64,000 nt of DNA, from NCBI RefSeq assembly GCF_004010195.1, contig NC_057720.1:7990012-8054011 (forward strand). The letters are read 5' to 3'. Position numbers and translations under genes: made by a program. The notes beneath the pieces were generated by a model. It was not told where the DNA came from and did no database searches. It was given only the letters and a program-made list of their open reading frames with translations. This DNA is from Chiloscyllium plagiosum. Its lineage: Eukaryota. Positions 24,600 to 38,440 of the stretch are shown one piece after another; within the stretch, counting starts at the first letter, position 1, and each line of letters opens with the position of its first letter.

Positions 24600-24990
24600 G
24601 CAGTATGGTGGCTCAGTGGTTAGCACCATGAACCTGGATTCTTTTAAGACGATAAGACATAGAAGCAGAAATTAGGCCATTCAGCCCATTGAGTCTGCTC
24701 TGCCATTCAATTGTGGTTGATATGTTTCTCAAACCCATTCTCCCCGTAACCCTTGATCCTTTTAGCAATCAAGAACCTATCTATCTCTCCAGCCTTGTCT
24801 GTGTGGAGTGTGTACATTCTCCCCGTGTCTGTGTAGGTTTTCTCCAGGTGCCCCAGTTTCCTCCCACCATCCAAAGATGTGCAAGTTAGATGGTTTGACC
24901 ATGGGAAATGCAGGGTTACAGAGATAGGGTAAAGGGATTGCTCTTATGCTGTGGACTGAATGGCTTGCTTCCCCACTGCAGGGATTCTAT
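24600..24990 (+). mobile_element. HE1 SINE interrupted by a minus-strand CR1 tail (24645-24787)
   Basis: Head about 24605, V-domain 24795-24890. Confidence 0.75.
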
Positions 24991-25059
24991 GATATTAATT
25001 TAGCTATTGATGTTCTTGCTACACAGATCTATCCAGTGTCACTTTGAAAGGCAGAGAGA

Positions 25060-25430
25060 TAGCGGTGCAGTCATTACAACACCGGACTGGCTGTCCAAAT
25101 GTACCAGGCTAATGCTCTGGGTTTCACTGGTTCAAATCCTAGTCTCTGACAGTTGGTGGAATTCAACTCAATGAATGAATCTGGTAATGGTGAGCTTTGA
25201 TTAATTGATCAATGTGAAAACCATCTAGCTCACCAATGCTCTTTAGGGAAAAAAACATTGACCATCCTTACATTATCTATCTGTTTAACATGGGAATCCA
25301 GACCCACTGCAACATAGTTGACTCTTAAATGCTCCCTGAAATGGCTGAGAAAGTTCAAGGGCAATTAGAGATGGGCAACAAAATGTCAGGCTTGACAGTG
25401 ATGCCCACGTTCTACAAAAGAATGAAAAGC
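25060..25430 (+). mobile_element. tRNA-derived SINE (family 2); other copies at about 23440-23750, 29480-29810, 32075-32535, 38540-38970 (-), 45725-46085 (-), 55635-56250
   Basis: Shared ggttcaaatcc...catctggttcactaatgtcc..agggaagga...tccagacccacagcaatgtggttgactcttaa...gggatgggcaataaatg. Confidence 0.8.
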
Positions 25431-27816
25431 CATACCAGGTGGATAGATGGTTTCATAAGTGAACATTATCAGTGAGAACTAATTTCCAACTATTCATTAG
25501 CTTGCTTTTCAAACTGAAACTGCTTCAGTTAATTGACAAAATTACAGAAGAAATGGGAGCAGGAATAGCAATTCCAGTGTCACAAGATCCACCCTAAGTA
25601 AGGCAAGGAGGCAGGCATTAAATCCACCATGCCCCCAGCTGGAACAGGGAACTGAACCCTTTGCTGTTGGCACCAATCTGATCCATGCCAACCATGAAGT
25701 CCAAGTTGCTATGAAAACATCTACTTTCACATGGATGTTGTATAGTGAAGGTAGAGGCTCCAATTACTTTCCATCCTAGAGTTTTCCAGGAGTCTTTGCC
25801 ACTCTTACCACCTGCAATGAGTGTTTTGAAAGGACTTACTGGTTAACCCATTTGGCCAATATTATTGATGCACCTTCCTTGGCCATCAAATCCTGGCATT
25901 GGGTTTGAACCTGAAATTTCTTGGCTCAGTGGCCTACTGTGCCTCTCACTGTGTATTCATGCTCGAACCATATGCATCTCCTCCACACCTTGACAGCTTG
26001 GCCGAAGTCAAGGTGTGGTGAGTTTGGTTTGAGTTAGGTGCTACTTCACTCCACAGCAAGTTGTAATGTAATCAGCATGATCACAGTGACTCGGTTCAAT
26101 TGATTCAACTTATATTCATTTAAATGCAAAAGAAAGGACATGAAACGCATGTTTGACTGACAGACATTGAATAATTTCTCTCATAGAATCAAAGGCCAGA
26201 ATTTTGTTCTTGAAGCAAGAGTACCTGAAAGTGAAGGACAATCTTACTTCAACATCCAACAAGGCCCCAAACTACATGTTATGGGGTAGGTAATTAACCT
26301 GACTCATAGCCAGAGTTGCTGACTCAGTGAAGGAGCCCAATCAGATGGCAAGGCAGTGCAGCGGTCTCAGCAATGCCACTAGGACTGGTGGACACAGCTG
26401 GTATTGCACCTGCAGGTCTCAGAGGCCATGAAAGGAATCCAATCTTTGAACCAGTTCAGTAGCGCCTGGGAGTGCCAGAATTTTCAGGTAGATGTGAGAG
26501 GAAGGTTGAGTGGTTGAGGAGGGTGGGGTTTTTGTTTATTCAATTGCGTTCTTGTCAGCTGTCAGTAAAGCAATCTCATCAGCCCCATTCTCCTACTATA
26601 ATGGAATCATACATTACAGAAAGGGCCTTTGAGCCCATCAAGTCTGAACCACCAGAGGTATACTACTGCCTGCACTAGTCCCATGATCCTACATAAAGCC
26701 TGTAGCCTTGAATGTTTTGACACTTCAAGTGGTCTTCCAAATGCTTTTTAACAGCTTGTGAGGTTTCCCGCCTCAGCTATCCTCCCACACAGTGCACTCC
26801 AGACTCCCAACATCTGGACGTTAGATGGTTTACTCAAATCCTCTCAAACCCTTCTGCCTTTCACTTAAAAAGTCACTCCCCCTCATTGGAAAGTTAATGA
26901 TTTTCTTTGTCCACCTGTGTCGCAGCCCAGCTCAGCTCTGTACTGTTGCCCTCAATACCCCTTGCTCCAGAGACAGCAGTTCCAGCTGCTTCAGCCTAAC
27001 CTTTTAGTGAAAATCCTTCATTCCTGAAATCACCTCTGAGAGTCTGTTAAGGAGTTTCACACCCCTGCTATCGTCCCATCATGTTCAGCAGTCCAAGGCA
27101 GGATTATTATCCCTGTTGTTTCCAGTCTTTCATTGTGTTTTTTTTCCTCCTAACTGCCTGTCAAACATCTCGCTTGCAAAAACCTGATTGGCTGTTTTGG
27201 CATCTATTTTCTGTTCTTAAAAGCATCTCACTGTGTCAAGGAGCCTGTCCCTTTCACAGCTGGAGATCAAAGGGTTTTTATAACACAATGGTGCGGCACA
27301 TCTTTCAGAATACATAAGTGAACAAGCCACTTATTGTTCAGACTCGGGGAGAATGAAAATTCTGATTAACCTTTCATCTCATGCTTCTTAAAACAAAAAA
27401 AAAACTCACGAGATTACCCTCTCCCCTAATGAAGTAGCTCTTTTGCTGAATTCCATTCCGTGAAAACATGGTCAACGGTTCAGAGAAAGTGAGTTAACCT
27501 GAATGTACGGGCACATGAGCAATTTTGTATCAGCACCAATGTCTTTTCCATGATCATTGGTCACCATTTTAATTGCAAAAATGAAGTTGAAAAGCCTGAG
27601 ACAATAATGCAAGGCATTACCTAATAATGCTGCTTGGAACAATTGGATTGAAAAGGGCATTGAAAAGGTTGGTTAGAAAATATCTAGAGTTAAAGACAGA
27701 TAAAGAGATACACAGAGTCCCATACATATGAAATAACAAAGATTAAACAGATGAACATGCAAAATAGATAATAAAGAAAGTAAATGGAATGTTGGCTTTC
27801 ACAGTTAAAGGAAAAG

Positions 27817-28412
27817 GATTGAGTACAGGAGTTGGGAGGTCATGTTGTAGCTGTACAGGACATTGGTTAGGCCACTGTTGGAATATTGCATGCAATTCTG
27901 GTCTCCTTCCTATTGGAAAGATGTTGTGAAACTTGAGAGGGTTCAGAAAAGATTTACAAGGATGTTGCCAGGGTTGGAGGATCTGAGCTACAGGGAGAGG
28001 CTGAACAGGCTGGGGCTTTTTTCCCTGGAGCGTCAGAGGCTGAGGGGTGACCTTATAGAATTATGAGGGGCATAGATAGGATAAATAGACAAAATCTTTT
28101 CCTTGGGGTGGGGGAGTCCAGAAGTAGAGGGCATAGGTTTAGGGTGAGAGTGGAAAGATATAAAAGAGACCTAAGGGGCAACCTTTTCATGTAGAGGGTA
28201 TGTGTATGGAATGAGCTGCCAAAGGAAGTGGTGGAGGCTGGCACAATTGCAACATTTAAAAGGCATTTGGATGGGTATATGAATAAGAAGGGTTTGGAGG
28301 GATATGGGCCGGGTGCTGGCAGGTGGGACTAGATTGGATTGGGATATCTGGTCGGCATGGACTAGTTGGACTGAAGGGTCTGTTTCCATGATGGACATCT
28401 CTATGACTCTAT
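27817..28412 (+). mobile_element. Young HER1-like CR1 3' fragment inside an older CR1 (27770-29040)
   Basis: [15 protein letters not shown]...RGDLIE; ctctatgactctatga tail; the older copy resumes at 28413. Confidence 0.9.
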
Positions 28413-29044
28413 GAATAGAATATGAAGGGAAGAAAGTATTGTTGCAACAATACAAGGTATCGGTGAGACTGCAACTGGAGTATTGTGCACAGTTTTGCCC
28501 CCTTATTTGAGGAAAGATGCAGTGGCATTGGAGGCAGTTCAGAGAAGGTTCACTAGATTGATCCCAGAGATGTGGGTTTGTCGTATGAAGACAGATTGAG
28601 CAGTTTAGGCCTATACTCTCTGGAATTAAGAAGAATGAGGGGAGATCAAATTGAGGTATTCAAGATGGTAAAATGTGTGGATAAAATAGATGTGGAGCGG
28701 ATGCTTCCTGTTGTGATCATTCCAGAATGATCATCCATTCTGGGATGGAAGATCATAGTCTCAGGATAAGGGATAGTAAACATAAAACAGAGTGGAGGAG
28801 AAACTACTTCTCCCAAAGCGTTGTAAATCTGTGGAATTCACTACCCCAAAGTACAATGGATGCTGGGACAATGAGTAAATTTAAAGCAGAGTTGGACAGA
28901 TGTTTAATTGGTAATGGGTTAAAGGGTTATGGGAAGAAGGCAGGAAAATTGGGATGAGGAACATATCAGCCATGATCGAATGGTAGAGCAGACCCGATGG
29001 GCCAAATGGCCTAATTCTGCTCCTGTATTTTGGGAACTTATGAA

Positions 29045-29475
29045 TAAGGAGCAAGAGTAGGCCATTCAGCCCCTCACATCAGTTCTGCCATACAATAAAA
29101 TCATACTTGTGCCTTGAATTCCACATTCCGTTGCATCCCTAACAACCTTTGATCCCTTCTCAAAACAAGAATCCTATTACCTCTGTCTTATAATACTCAT
29201 GGCCAACTGAAATAGACAGTTCTAAAGTCACACAGTTGTCTTGAGAGTTTCTCTTAATCTCAATCCTTAAAGGGTAGCACCCACTTTTAAAGCAGTGCCC
29301 CTTAGCTCTAGATTCACTCACAGGAGGATACATTTATTTTACATTCACCTTGTTAGAATCTTTTAGGCTCTCATGCATGTTGATCAAATCATTGCTCACT
29401 CTTATAAAACTCCAAAGGAAACACCCCCAGCCTATCCAAACTATCTACTTCAGACAACTCACAGGTATCAATCAT
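29045..29475 (-). mobile_element. Old CR1 3' fragment
   Basis: ggagcaagagtaggccattcagccc, reverse CR1 tail. Confidence 0.65.
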
Positions 29476-30412
29476 TAAGGTGTCACTGGACTAGTACTCT
29501 GGAACCCCAGGCTAATGTTCTGCGGACATTGGTTCCAATTCCACTCTAGCAGTTGTTGAAGTTTGAATTCAATAGAACTCTAGAATTAAAAAAACTGGTT
29601 TAATGGCGACCACTGTCAAAAACTCATCTGGTTCACTAATGTCCATCAGGGAAGGAAATTGCCATCCTTACCTGGTCTGGCCTGCATGTGACTCCAGATC
29701 CACAGCCATGTGGTCAACTTTTAACTGTCCTTTGATCACTTTTGGAGGGGCAATAAATGCTGGCCTACCCAGAGACAGCCACAGCCCATATACGAAAATA
29801 AATAAAATCTCGTAACCTCCTCTGAGCCATCTCCAATGAAATGACATACTTTCTGACAAAAGAAGGCCAAAATTGCATTGTTCGAATCTGTTAAACTGGG
29901 AGATGATAAGCACATACATTTATACACTGCCTTTAACAAAGAAGAATATGTTTAAGTACTTCACAAAAATGTAAGGATTTTGTTGCAAAGATTATTTTTA
30001 AAGTGGTTTTTCTAACAAATTTCAAAAGAAAGCTTTGCCAATCAGGTCAGTTTTACCAGGCATCTTAAAAGGACAGGAAATGGAGAGATGTAAGTGCTGG
30101 GAAAGCTAAAAAAAGAAAGAAAAGGAGACTAAAAGCAAGCCTTGCATTTATATTGTGCTTTTCATGACCAACTGACATTGCTGTCTACTTTCCAGTTAAT
30201 GAAGACCTTCTCAAATGTAATAATGTAAAGTACAGGGGATACAACAAACAATTTGCTCCCATAAAGCCCTCGCAAACAGCAATGTGAGAATTTCAAAACA
30301 ATCTATTACGGTGATGTTGTCTGAAGGAAAAATATTGACCAGACTACATTCAGAATATTGTCATGGGATCTTTGTCAGTAGGGAGATGGGACCACTTTTC
30401 CGAAGTTTTTTT

Positions 30413-30712
30413 TTAGATTCCCCTACAGTGCGGAAACAGGCTCTTCGACCCAACAAGTCCACACCGACCCTCTGAAGAGTAACCCACCCAGCCCACTCCC
30501 CTACTCATGCACCTATCATTATGGGCAATTTAGCATGGCCAATTCACCTGACCTGCACATCTTTGGAGTGTGGGAGAAAACCGGAGCACCCAGAGAAAAC
30601 CCACGCAGACACGGGGAGAATGTGCAAACTCCACACAGAGAGTCGCCCGAGGCTGGAATTAAACCCAGGTCCCTGGCGCTGTGAGGCAGCAGTGCTAACC
30701 ACTGAGCCACCA
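30413..30712 (-). mobile_element. HE1 SINE
   Basis: Full reverse HE1 consensus. Confidence 0.92.
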
Positions 30713-31268
30713 TGCAATCCCCTTTTATCAGAAAGCAATATCTGAGACAGGGCAGCATTCCCTTAGTACTTTAAAGGAGTATTATCCTTTCTGAGAATCA
30801 ACAAGTTGAGGTTTGTGATTCAGAGATATGTTTGCTATCAGATAAGTAACAGCTGGCGTCTGTTTCCAGTTTTCATATTTTTTCAGGACTCACATCAAAA
30901 AATCATGAAAATTGTCTCCTTTGAAGTGTTAAGCAGATACTGGGGATGTTTTGTTTTCCAAAGTTTCCAGAAAAAATACTATGAGACACTTTCTTTTCAA
31001 AATCACTATCAGGCAGTCAAGGTTGATAAACTGTGGACCTCCTGAGACCAAACTGGAAGTCACATGTCTAAATTCACAGATCATCAAACTCAACTATTTA
31101 ACTGCTCTCTGAATCGGCCTCCTATTCTCGACTGAACTCATCCAAAATTCAGTTGCCTGTATCACCTACTAGCCCCCAATTCTGACCCATTGATAAACCC
31201 CCCCACCCCCCCCCCCAGGAGGAGCTACAAAAAAACGGCTTATGTCCTTGGACTTAGAGGGGGAGGAA

Positions 31269-31491
31269 TGTAATGATTATAATGAGGTCCGCCAGGTGGA
31301 TCCCATAGAGTATGAGTTCCCTGATTGGGGCTGTTAATCAGGGAGCCCTGACTGACAGATATAAACAGAAGTCTTAGAGGTTCTGTTCACTCTGAGAGCT
31401 GGCACTGAGGGAGCTGGATCAGTGTCAAGGCCTCTCCATGTGTAAATAAGGGGTGATTGGTGATAGGATAGCAGCCACTGTGGAGGGATTC
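31269..31491 (+). mobile_element. Short solo LTR (same family as 6475, 54822, 55816)
   Basis: TGtaatg start, gatataaa, gagttccctgattggggctgttaa core. Confidence 0.65.
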
Positions 31492-32549
31492 CTGCAGGGA
31501 TAATGTTTCCCATTAATGCTGCTTCTATTTTTTCGCAATCAAAGTCAGCTACTTCACTTTGTTGCTCTCTGTTTATTTTTCCTTTTGCTGGTTCTTGAAT
31601 GTTTCCATTATGTTCTTTTAGCAGGCAGGTGAATACATTTTGAACACAATGTTTGAAGAGTGACCTTTTGATTTATTTTTGTATGAATTATTATATTCCT
31701 CAATGTGAAGTCTTGCCAAAAAGTAGTGCTGCAATTGTGCTATACAATTGGATAACATTGTTTTCTTTTGTTTTTAAGGCATAAGTGTTAAAAAGAGAGA
31801 TTTCCATCTGTCAGCAGCTTGAGATACATCAACTCCATCATGCATTTGAAGGGATACTTCAGAGGGACACAGCCTTCCTGGCTGGCTCTTGCACTCTCTG
31901 AAAACTCGCATTTGTGTAAAACGTTGCTTGCTCACAACCTGACAAGACCAGACGTATTCATCCATCACCCCTGTACTCGCTGAGTTACTTGTATAATTTT
32001 CACCCTCGTTTTCAAAGTCCACTTTGGTTCCCTGGCTCTCATACAAATTGTGGTCATCCATTGCCTATCAAGGAGTGGTGTTGGCCCAGTGGTATTATCG
32101 CTGGATTGTTAATCTAGTGACCCAGGCAATGTTCTGGGGACCTGGGTTCAACTTTTTGCCATGGTAGGTGACAAAATTTTATTTTTAAAATAAATTCTGG
32201 AATTAAGAGTCTAACAATGACCACGAATGCACTGTTGATTGTCAGGGAAAAAAAAACATCTGGTTCACTAATGTCCGGCAGGGAAGGAAATTGCCTTCCA
32301 AACTTGGTTTGGTCTACATGTGACTCCAGACCCACAGCAATGTGGTTGACTCTTAAGTGTCCTCTGAGCAATTCAGGATGGGCCAAATGCTGGAGAGTGA
32401 GACTATATTTATTTAGGACATCTGGTCAGTATGGATGAGTTGGACCGATGGGTCTGTTTCAGTGTTGTACATCTCTATGACTATGACTCTAAATGCTGGC
32501 CCAGCACAGCAATGCCCCATTCCCATGAATGAATTTCAAAAATCCACCA

Positions 32550-33025
32550 TGATTCCAGGCCAACATCCAGGCTGCAGTGTTCCAGAGAAGCCTGATTCCC
32601 ACTTGAGGACCCTGCAGTCTTCTGGACTCAATATCAAGTTCAATAATTTTAGTGCTTGAGCCCTAACATGTCCTTACCCGATTCCTACACTTCAGATTCT
32701 GTTAACACAGATTCAGCCATTACACAACCCATTGTTACCCCCGAATAGTCCCCATTAACAGCTATTCATCCTCCCAGTCAAATCACTATCCACTCCTTTG
32801 TCTGTCCAACTGTTCTCCTCTCTCTTTGGGCTCTACCTCCAACTATCATTTATTCCTTACCCTCTCTCTCCACCCAATCTTTTGCATATAAACTGACATT
32901 TTCGTGGTTACCATCAATTCTGGGGAAGGGTCACCGGACCTGAAACATTAACTCTAATTTCTCTCCACAGATGCTGCCAGACCTGCTGAGATTTTCCAGT
33001 AACCTCTGTTTTTGTGTCTGCGATT
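32550..33025 (+). mobile_element. PLE 3' end (family D parent)
   Basis: GIY-YIG C-terminus HLRTLQSSGLNIKFNNF* plus a 3' UTR with ctgggga-agggtc-accg-gacct-gaaac. Confidence 0.75.
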
Positions 33026-33444
33026 ATCTCTGTCTGCTTCCAATTCTGCATTCCACGGATGGTCATGCCCTCAGCTAGCTGGACCTGAAGTTCTGGAATT
33101 CCCTCCCTACTGCGTTCCTTAGTCTGGCCCTTCCTTGAAGACACACCTTTGAATATTACATTTTCACCCAATTGTCTGATGGACTCTATAGGTGGCTTGG
33201 TGTCAAATCTGAACTGACAATGTTCCTGTGAAACACCTTGGGATTTTTGACTACCAGTACTTTAATGTTGCTATAAATACACAGTTAAGTTGTGCAAGTT
33301 AAACTGGGTATGTATGCTAACTGACCTGCTCCAGATATATTTTGTAGGAAGATGAGGAACTTGATTAAGTTTTTTTGTTAATCCCTTTGTGGGACCTAAG
33401 TGTTTCTGGCTAGGTCAGCATTTATTGCCCATCCCTAGTTCATC

Positions 33445-33772
33445 ATAGAACCACTAAAGTGTGGAAATAAGCTATTTGGCCCAACAAGTCCACACCGACC
33501 CTCCGAAGACCCACTGCCCCTCCCCTATTATTCTACATTTATCCCTGATTAATGCACCTAACCTACACACCCCTCAACACAATGGGTAATTCAGCAAGGC
33601 CAAATCACCTAACCTATAGATCTTTGGATTGTGGGAGGAAACCGGAGCACCCAGAGAAAACCCACATAGACAAGGGGAGAATGTACAAACTCCACACAGA
33701 CAGTTGCCTGAGGTTGGAATCGAACCCGGGTCCCCGGTGCCGTGAGATAACAGTGCTAACCACTAAAGCACT
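33445..33772 (-). mobile_element. HE1 SINE
   Basis: Reverse HE1 consensus. Confidence 0.9.
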
Positions 33773-33774
33773 GT

Positions 33775-35250
33775 AGTTAGTTGCCCTTGGGAAGGTGGAG
33801 ATGAGCCATCTTCTTGAACTGCTGCAGTCCACCTGCTGTGGGTTGGTCCACAATGCCCTTACAGAGGGAAATCCAGGATTTTGACCCAGCAACAGTGAAG
33901 GAACGTCAATATATTTCCAAGTCAGGATGATAAGTGGCTTGGAGGGGAACTTGCAAAAAGTGGCGCTACCATTCATCTGCTGCCTTTGTCCTTCTAGATG
34001 GAACTGGTTGTGGGTTTGGAAGGTACTGTTTGAGGACTTTGTGTAAATTTCTGCAGTGCACCTTGTAGATAGTAAACACTGCTACTACTGAGCGTCAGTT
34101 GTGGAGGGAATGGAGGCTTCTACATGTGGTGCCAATCAAGTGGGCTGCTTTGTCCTGGATAGTGTCAAGCTACTTGAGTTTTGTTGGAGCTGCACCCATC
34201 CAGGCAAGTGGGGAATATTCCATAACACTCCTGACTTGTAACTTGAAGATGGTAGACAGGATGTGGGAGACAAGAGGTGAGTTACTTTTTGCAGTATTCC
34301 AGTCTCTGACCTACTCTTGAAGCCATTGTATTTATGTGGCAAGTCCATTGAATTTCTAGTCAATGGTTACCCCAAGGGTGTCGATAATGGGGGATTCAGT
34401 AATGGTAACACCACTGAATGTCAAGGGGCAGTGATCAGATTGTCTCTTATTGAAGATGGTCATTGTCTGACATTTGTGAGGCACAAATGTTACTTGCCAC
34501 TTGTTCGTTGAAGCTTGGATATTGTCCAGATCTTGCTGTATTTGGATACAGACTGATTCAGTATGTGAGGAGTCACGAAGGGTGCTGAACATTGTGCAAT
34601 CATTGGCAAACATCCCCTCTTCTGACCTTATGATGGAGGGAAGGCCATTGCTGAAGCAGCTGAAGATTGTTGGGCCCGGAACACTAGCATGAGGAACTCC
34701 TGCAGAGATGTCCTGGAGCTGACATAATTTACCTCCACAATCACAACCATCTTTCTTTGAGCGAGTGGAGAGGTATCTGCTGTTTAATCTGTCGTGTTCA
34801 GTCAAACGTGGTCTTGATGCTAAGGAGTGTCACTCACACCTCACCTCTGGAATTCAGCTCTTTTGTGTATATTTGGACCAGTTTGTAATGAGGTCAGGAG
34901 TTAAGTGGCCTTTAAGGAACCCAAGTCTCATGTCAGTGAGCAGGTTATTGCTGACCAAGTGCTGCTTGATCGCACTGTTGATGAAACCTTCTTTTACTTT
35001 GCTGATAAGTTAATTGATAGATAATGTGGGAATTGGCTTGGTTGGATTTGTCCTTTGCGTTTGTAAACAGGCCATATCTGGGCAATTTTCTATTGTTTAC
35101 TAGATGTTAGTTGTACTAGAACAGCTTGATTAAGGGTATGATAAATTATGGAAAATGCCTTCAGTACCACAGCTGGATCTTTGTTAGGATCTTTAGCTTT
35201 CACAATATCCAATGGTTTCAGCCATTTCTTGAAGCTTGTGGGCTGAAATG
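33775..35250 (-). mobile_element. CR1/L2-group LINE 3' part
   Basis: ORF 34356-34805 AGVPHASVPGPTIFSCF...MFANDCT...KWQVTFVPHKC. Confidence 0.85.
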
Positions 35251-35682
35251 AATTGATTGGAAAATCACCTTTGCTCTCTGGGAGCCACTCTGAGGGTCTT
35301 TGTGTATTGATCATTGTGTTGACACGTTCCCTTCCTTGGAGTTGAAGTAGCCAGAGGGAACTGATAGAGCAAGATGGGATCTTAGAGGAATTTGAATGCA
35401 AGAAGTGTCTGGACTGGTTTAGCAATCTAGTCAGCCAGCACAAAGTTTCATGGTTGGCATTTGACATGAATTAACTTGAATTCAGCAGATGAGTGCAAAT
35501 TCCTACAAGGTGCAAAACGGGAGGGAGGCGATAAACCATTGAAATAGTCATCATGAGGTAAGAAAGGTAAAGAAAGTGACCTTAGCAGCAGCTGAGCTGA
35601 GCTGGCCATTAATGGGTTAGAATTGGGTAGCATTGTAGAGTTAGAAGTTGGCGGTTTTGACAGCAGGGATGTAGCATTGGAA

Positions 35683-35899
35683 ATGGTGTGGAGATGCCGA
35701 TGTTGGACTGGGGTGGACAAAGTCAGAAGTCACACGACACCAGATTATAGACCAACAGAATCATATGAAATCACAAGCTGTCAAAGTGCTGCTCCTTTGT
35801 CAGGTAAACTTCATCTGACAAAGGGGCAGTGCTTTGAAAGCTTGTGATTTCAAATAACTCTGTTGGACTATAATCTGGTGTTGCACAACTTCTGACAAG
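35683..35899. mobile_element. Family B palindrome (decayed)
   Basis: Same arms and tail as 8104-8317. Confidence 0.8.
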
Positions 35900-36580
35900 G
35901 CTACAAATGGCCTGGTTCAGTGCAGGACAGCGACCAGACAGACAGACTGATTGAGTGAGTGACTTGGGAACAGAATTAATGGCGTGGACTGATCAATCAT
36001 TTGCACTTGCATGCTACAGCTTACATCAACAGAAACCTCTAAAGTGATGTTAAATCAAAACTAGTGCCAAAACAATAACCAATATCAAAAATTGCCAAAA
36101 TTCATAAAGCACTCTGATGTAGTGTCTGATGACTGCCAACATCATAAACTAATAAAGAGTGAACCTACACGACATTTCATATGTCTTATTCAATACTCTG
36201 CCACTTTTCCACTGTTATTCGGTTGTGAAATGCAACGATCTGTCCTTCAGATGAGACGTTAAATGCTACCTCATTTTTCTTTTCTAGAAGTTCAGGCAGA
36301 TGTCATACTTCTCAGAGCCTTATTTACAGAAGAGTTCTGCTAGTGATCTGGCCAGTGTTGTACTTTCAAGCCACCAAAAGCAGAGGTCGTTTTCTACATG
36401 TGACGTTGATGTTTCATTAATCCTCATAATCATTATACAGTGTAAAACAACTCCGAAAGATTTGAGAGTGTGACATCTACCTTACTGATGCAAGAGCAAG
36501 ATCTCCTTCCTTACCATATGTTTCTGCAATGCAGGCAAATCAAGCACTCTTATCCCAATAAGTTGATCTCATTCAATAAA

Positions 36581-36603
36581 GAGAGAGAGAGAGAGAGAGA
36601 GAG
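36581..36603. repeat. (GA)n microsatellite
   Basis: Directly visible. Confidence 0.95.
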
Positions 36604-36819
36604 ATTAAATATGGATTGGGAATCAGTTTGCTGAGTAACTCTGTTCAGCTCACAAGCTTGGCTCTAAGCATTTAGTTCCTTGCCATTACAATTTTCAACC
36701 CTCACCTCTCTGCCCTTGGCTTCCCACCCAGCTGTGATGAAGATCAATGAACAACATTGAGTTGTTAGACACTTTGGAGACTCAACATTGAGTTCAGCAA
36801 TTTCAGTCCAGCAAAGTAA

Positions 36820-37135
36820 GGCATGGTGGCTCAATGGTTCATACTGCTACCTCTTGGTGCCAGGGATCTGGGTTCAATTCCACCTGTGTGGAGTTTGCAC
36901 ATTTTCCCTGTATCTGTGTGGGTATCCTGTGGGTGTTCTGGTTTCCTCCCACAGTCCAAAGATATGCAGATTAGGTGGGTTGGCCTTGGTAAGTTGCCCA
37001 TAGTGTTCAGGGAAGTGTATTAGCCATTGAAAATGCAGGGATAGCATGAGCGGTGGGATGCTCTTCAAAGGGTCACTATGTTCTCGATGGGCTGAATAGC
37101 CTGCTTCCACACTGTAGTGGTTCTATGATTCTATG
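36820..37135 (+). mobile_element. HE1 SINE (older)
   Basis: Head, V-domain and tail. Confidence 0.85.
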
Positions 37136-38047
37136 AGCATGACAACCACTCCTTTCTTCAGCGAGTAAGCTTTGGCAATAGCTTGGCTATTGCCACTCAC
37201 ATCTCCTCTGGACCCATTTGAGCATCTTTACTGGCTCCACTGCCACCCGTGTTACCCGCAGCTTGAAAATAATATAATCATTCCTGCCTTTTATCCCATG
37301 CATAGAAAACCAATTCAGCAAGTAATCTTCAGTGGTACCCTGGAAAGAGCTTCCAAACCAAAGAGAAGCTCTATTAATTGTCATCTGGCAGTTCAGAACT
37401 TGACTATTGCTGAAAAAATTTCATTAAGTCTTTCCATCTTGCAGTTGAGGGAAATTTGCAAGAAATAATAAGAAATGACAAAATGACACAATAGAGCTAT
37501 GCCGTATGTGCCAGTGTGATATGAGATATGTGGGCTATATGGTGGATCACAACAAACAACATATCTATTAGGCTGTTGCAACAAGCAAGGGACTAATCCA
37601 ATCAGCCCACACTTACAAAACACAACATGATGTCCAACGAGAGATATGATTCCACGACTGGACAATAATTGCTACATAATCCTGAATGCGTGGTAAATTC
37701 CAATTTAGGATGGTCAGTTTGTCTTGCAGTATGGTGCACTTGCATGGACTGGATGCTACATACATTAATACAGGGCTCTATTCTCTGCAGACACAAAGAA
37801 CATGTCCACACATTGCACCTACTTCAATGCAACAAAATAAGTAACAGCTGTTGTTCGATCCATATTTTGGGACAATACATTGACCAAATATTCAACCTAC
37901 ATTACTTAAAATTTAGACAATGCTTGACAGTTAACTAGCAATCATCATTAACTAGTGCATTTTTCTTGCTATTGCTTCTGCCTTTACGAAAAAAAAATTC
38001 TTTCACAGAAAGCAGGTATCACTGGCCAGGCTAGCATTCATTGTTAA

Positions 38048-38440
38048 GAGTCATAGAGTCATAGAGATATACAGCATGGAAATAGACCCTTCAGTCCAAC
38101 TCGTCCATGCCCACCAGATATCCCAACCCATTCTAGTCCCACCTGCCAGAACCCGGCCCATATCCTTCCAAACCCTTCCTATTCATATATACATCCAGAT
38201 CCCTTTTAAATGTTGCAATTGTACCAGCCTGCACCACTTCCCCCGGCAGCTCATTCCATACACGTACCACCCTCTGCATGAAAAGGTTGCCCCTTAGGTC
38301 TCTTTTATATCTTTCCCCTCTCACCCTAAACCTATGCCCTCTAGTTCTGGACTCCCCCATCTCAGGGAAGAGACTTTGTCTATTTATCCCATCCATTCCC
38401 CTCATGATTTTGTAAGCCTCTATAAGGTCAACTCTCAGCA
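38048..38440 (-). mobile_element. HER1-like CR1 3' end
   Basis: ORF 38133-38405 ESRTRGHRFRVRGERYKRDLRG. Confidence 0.9.
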
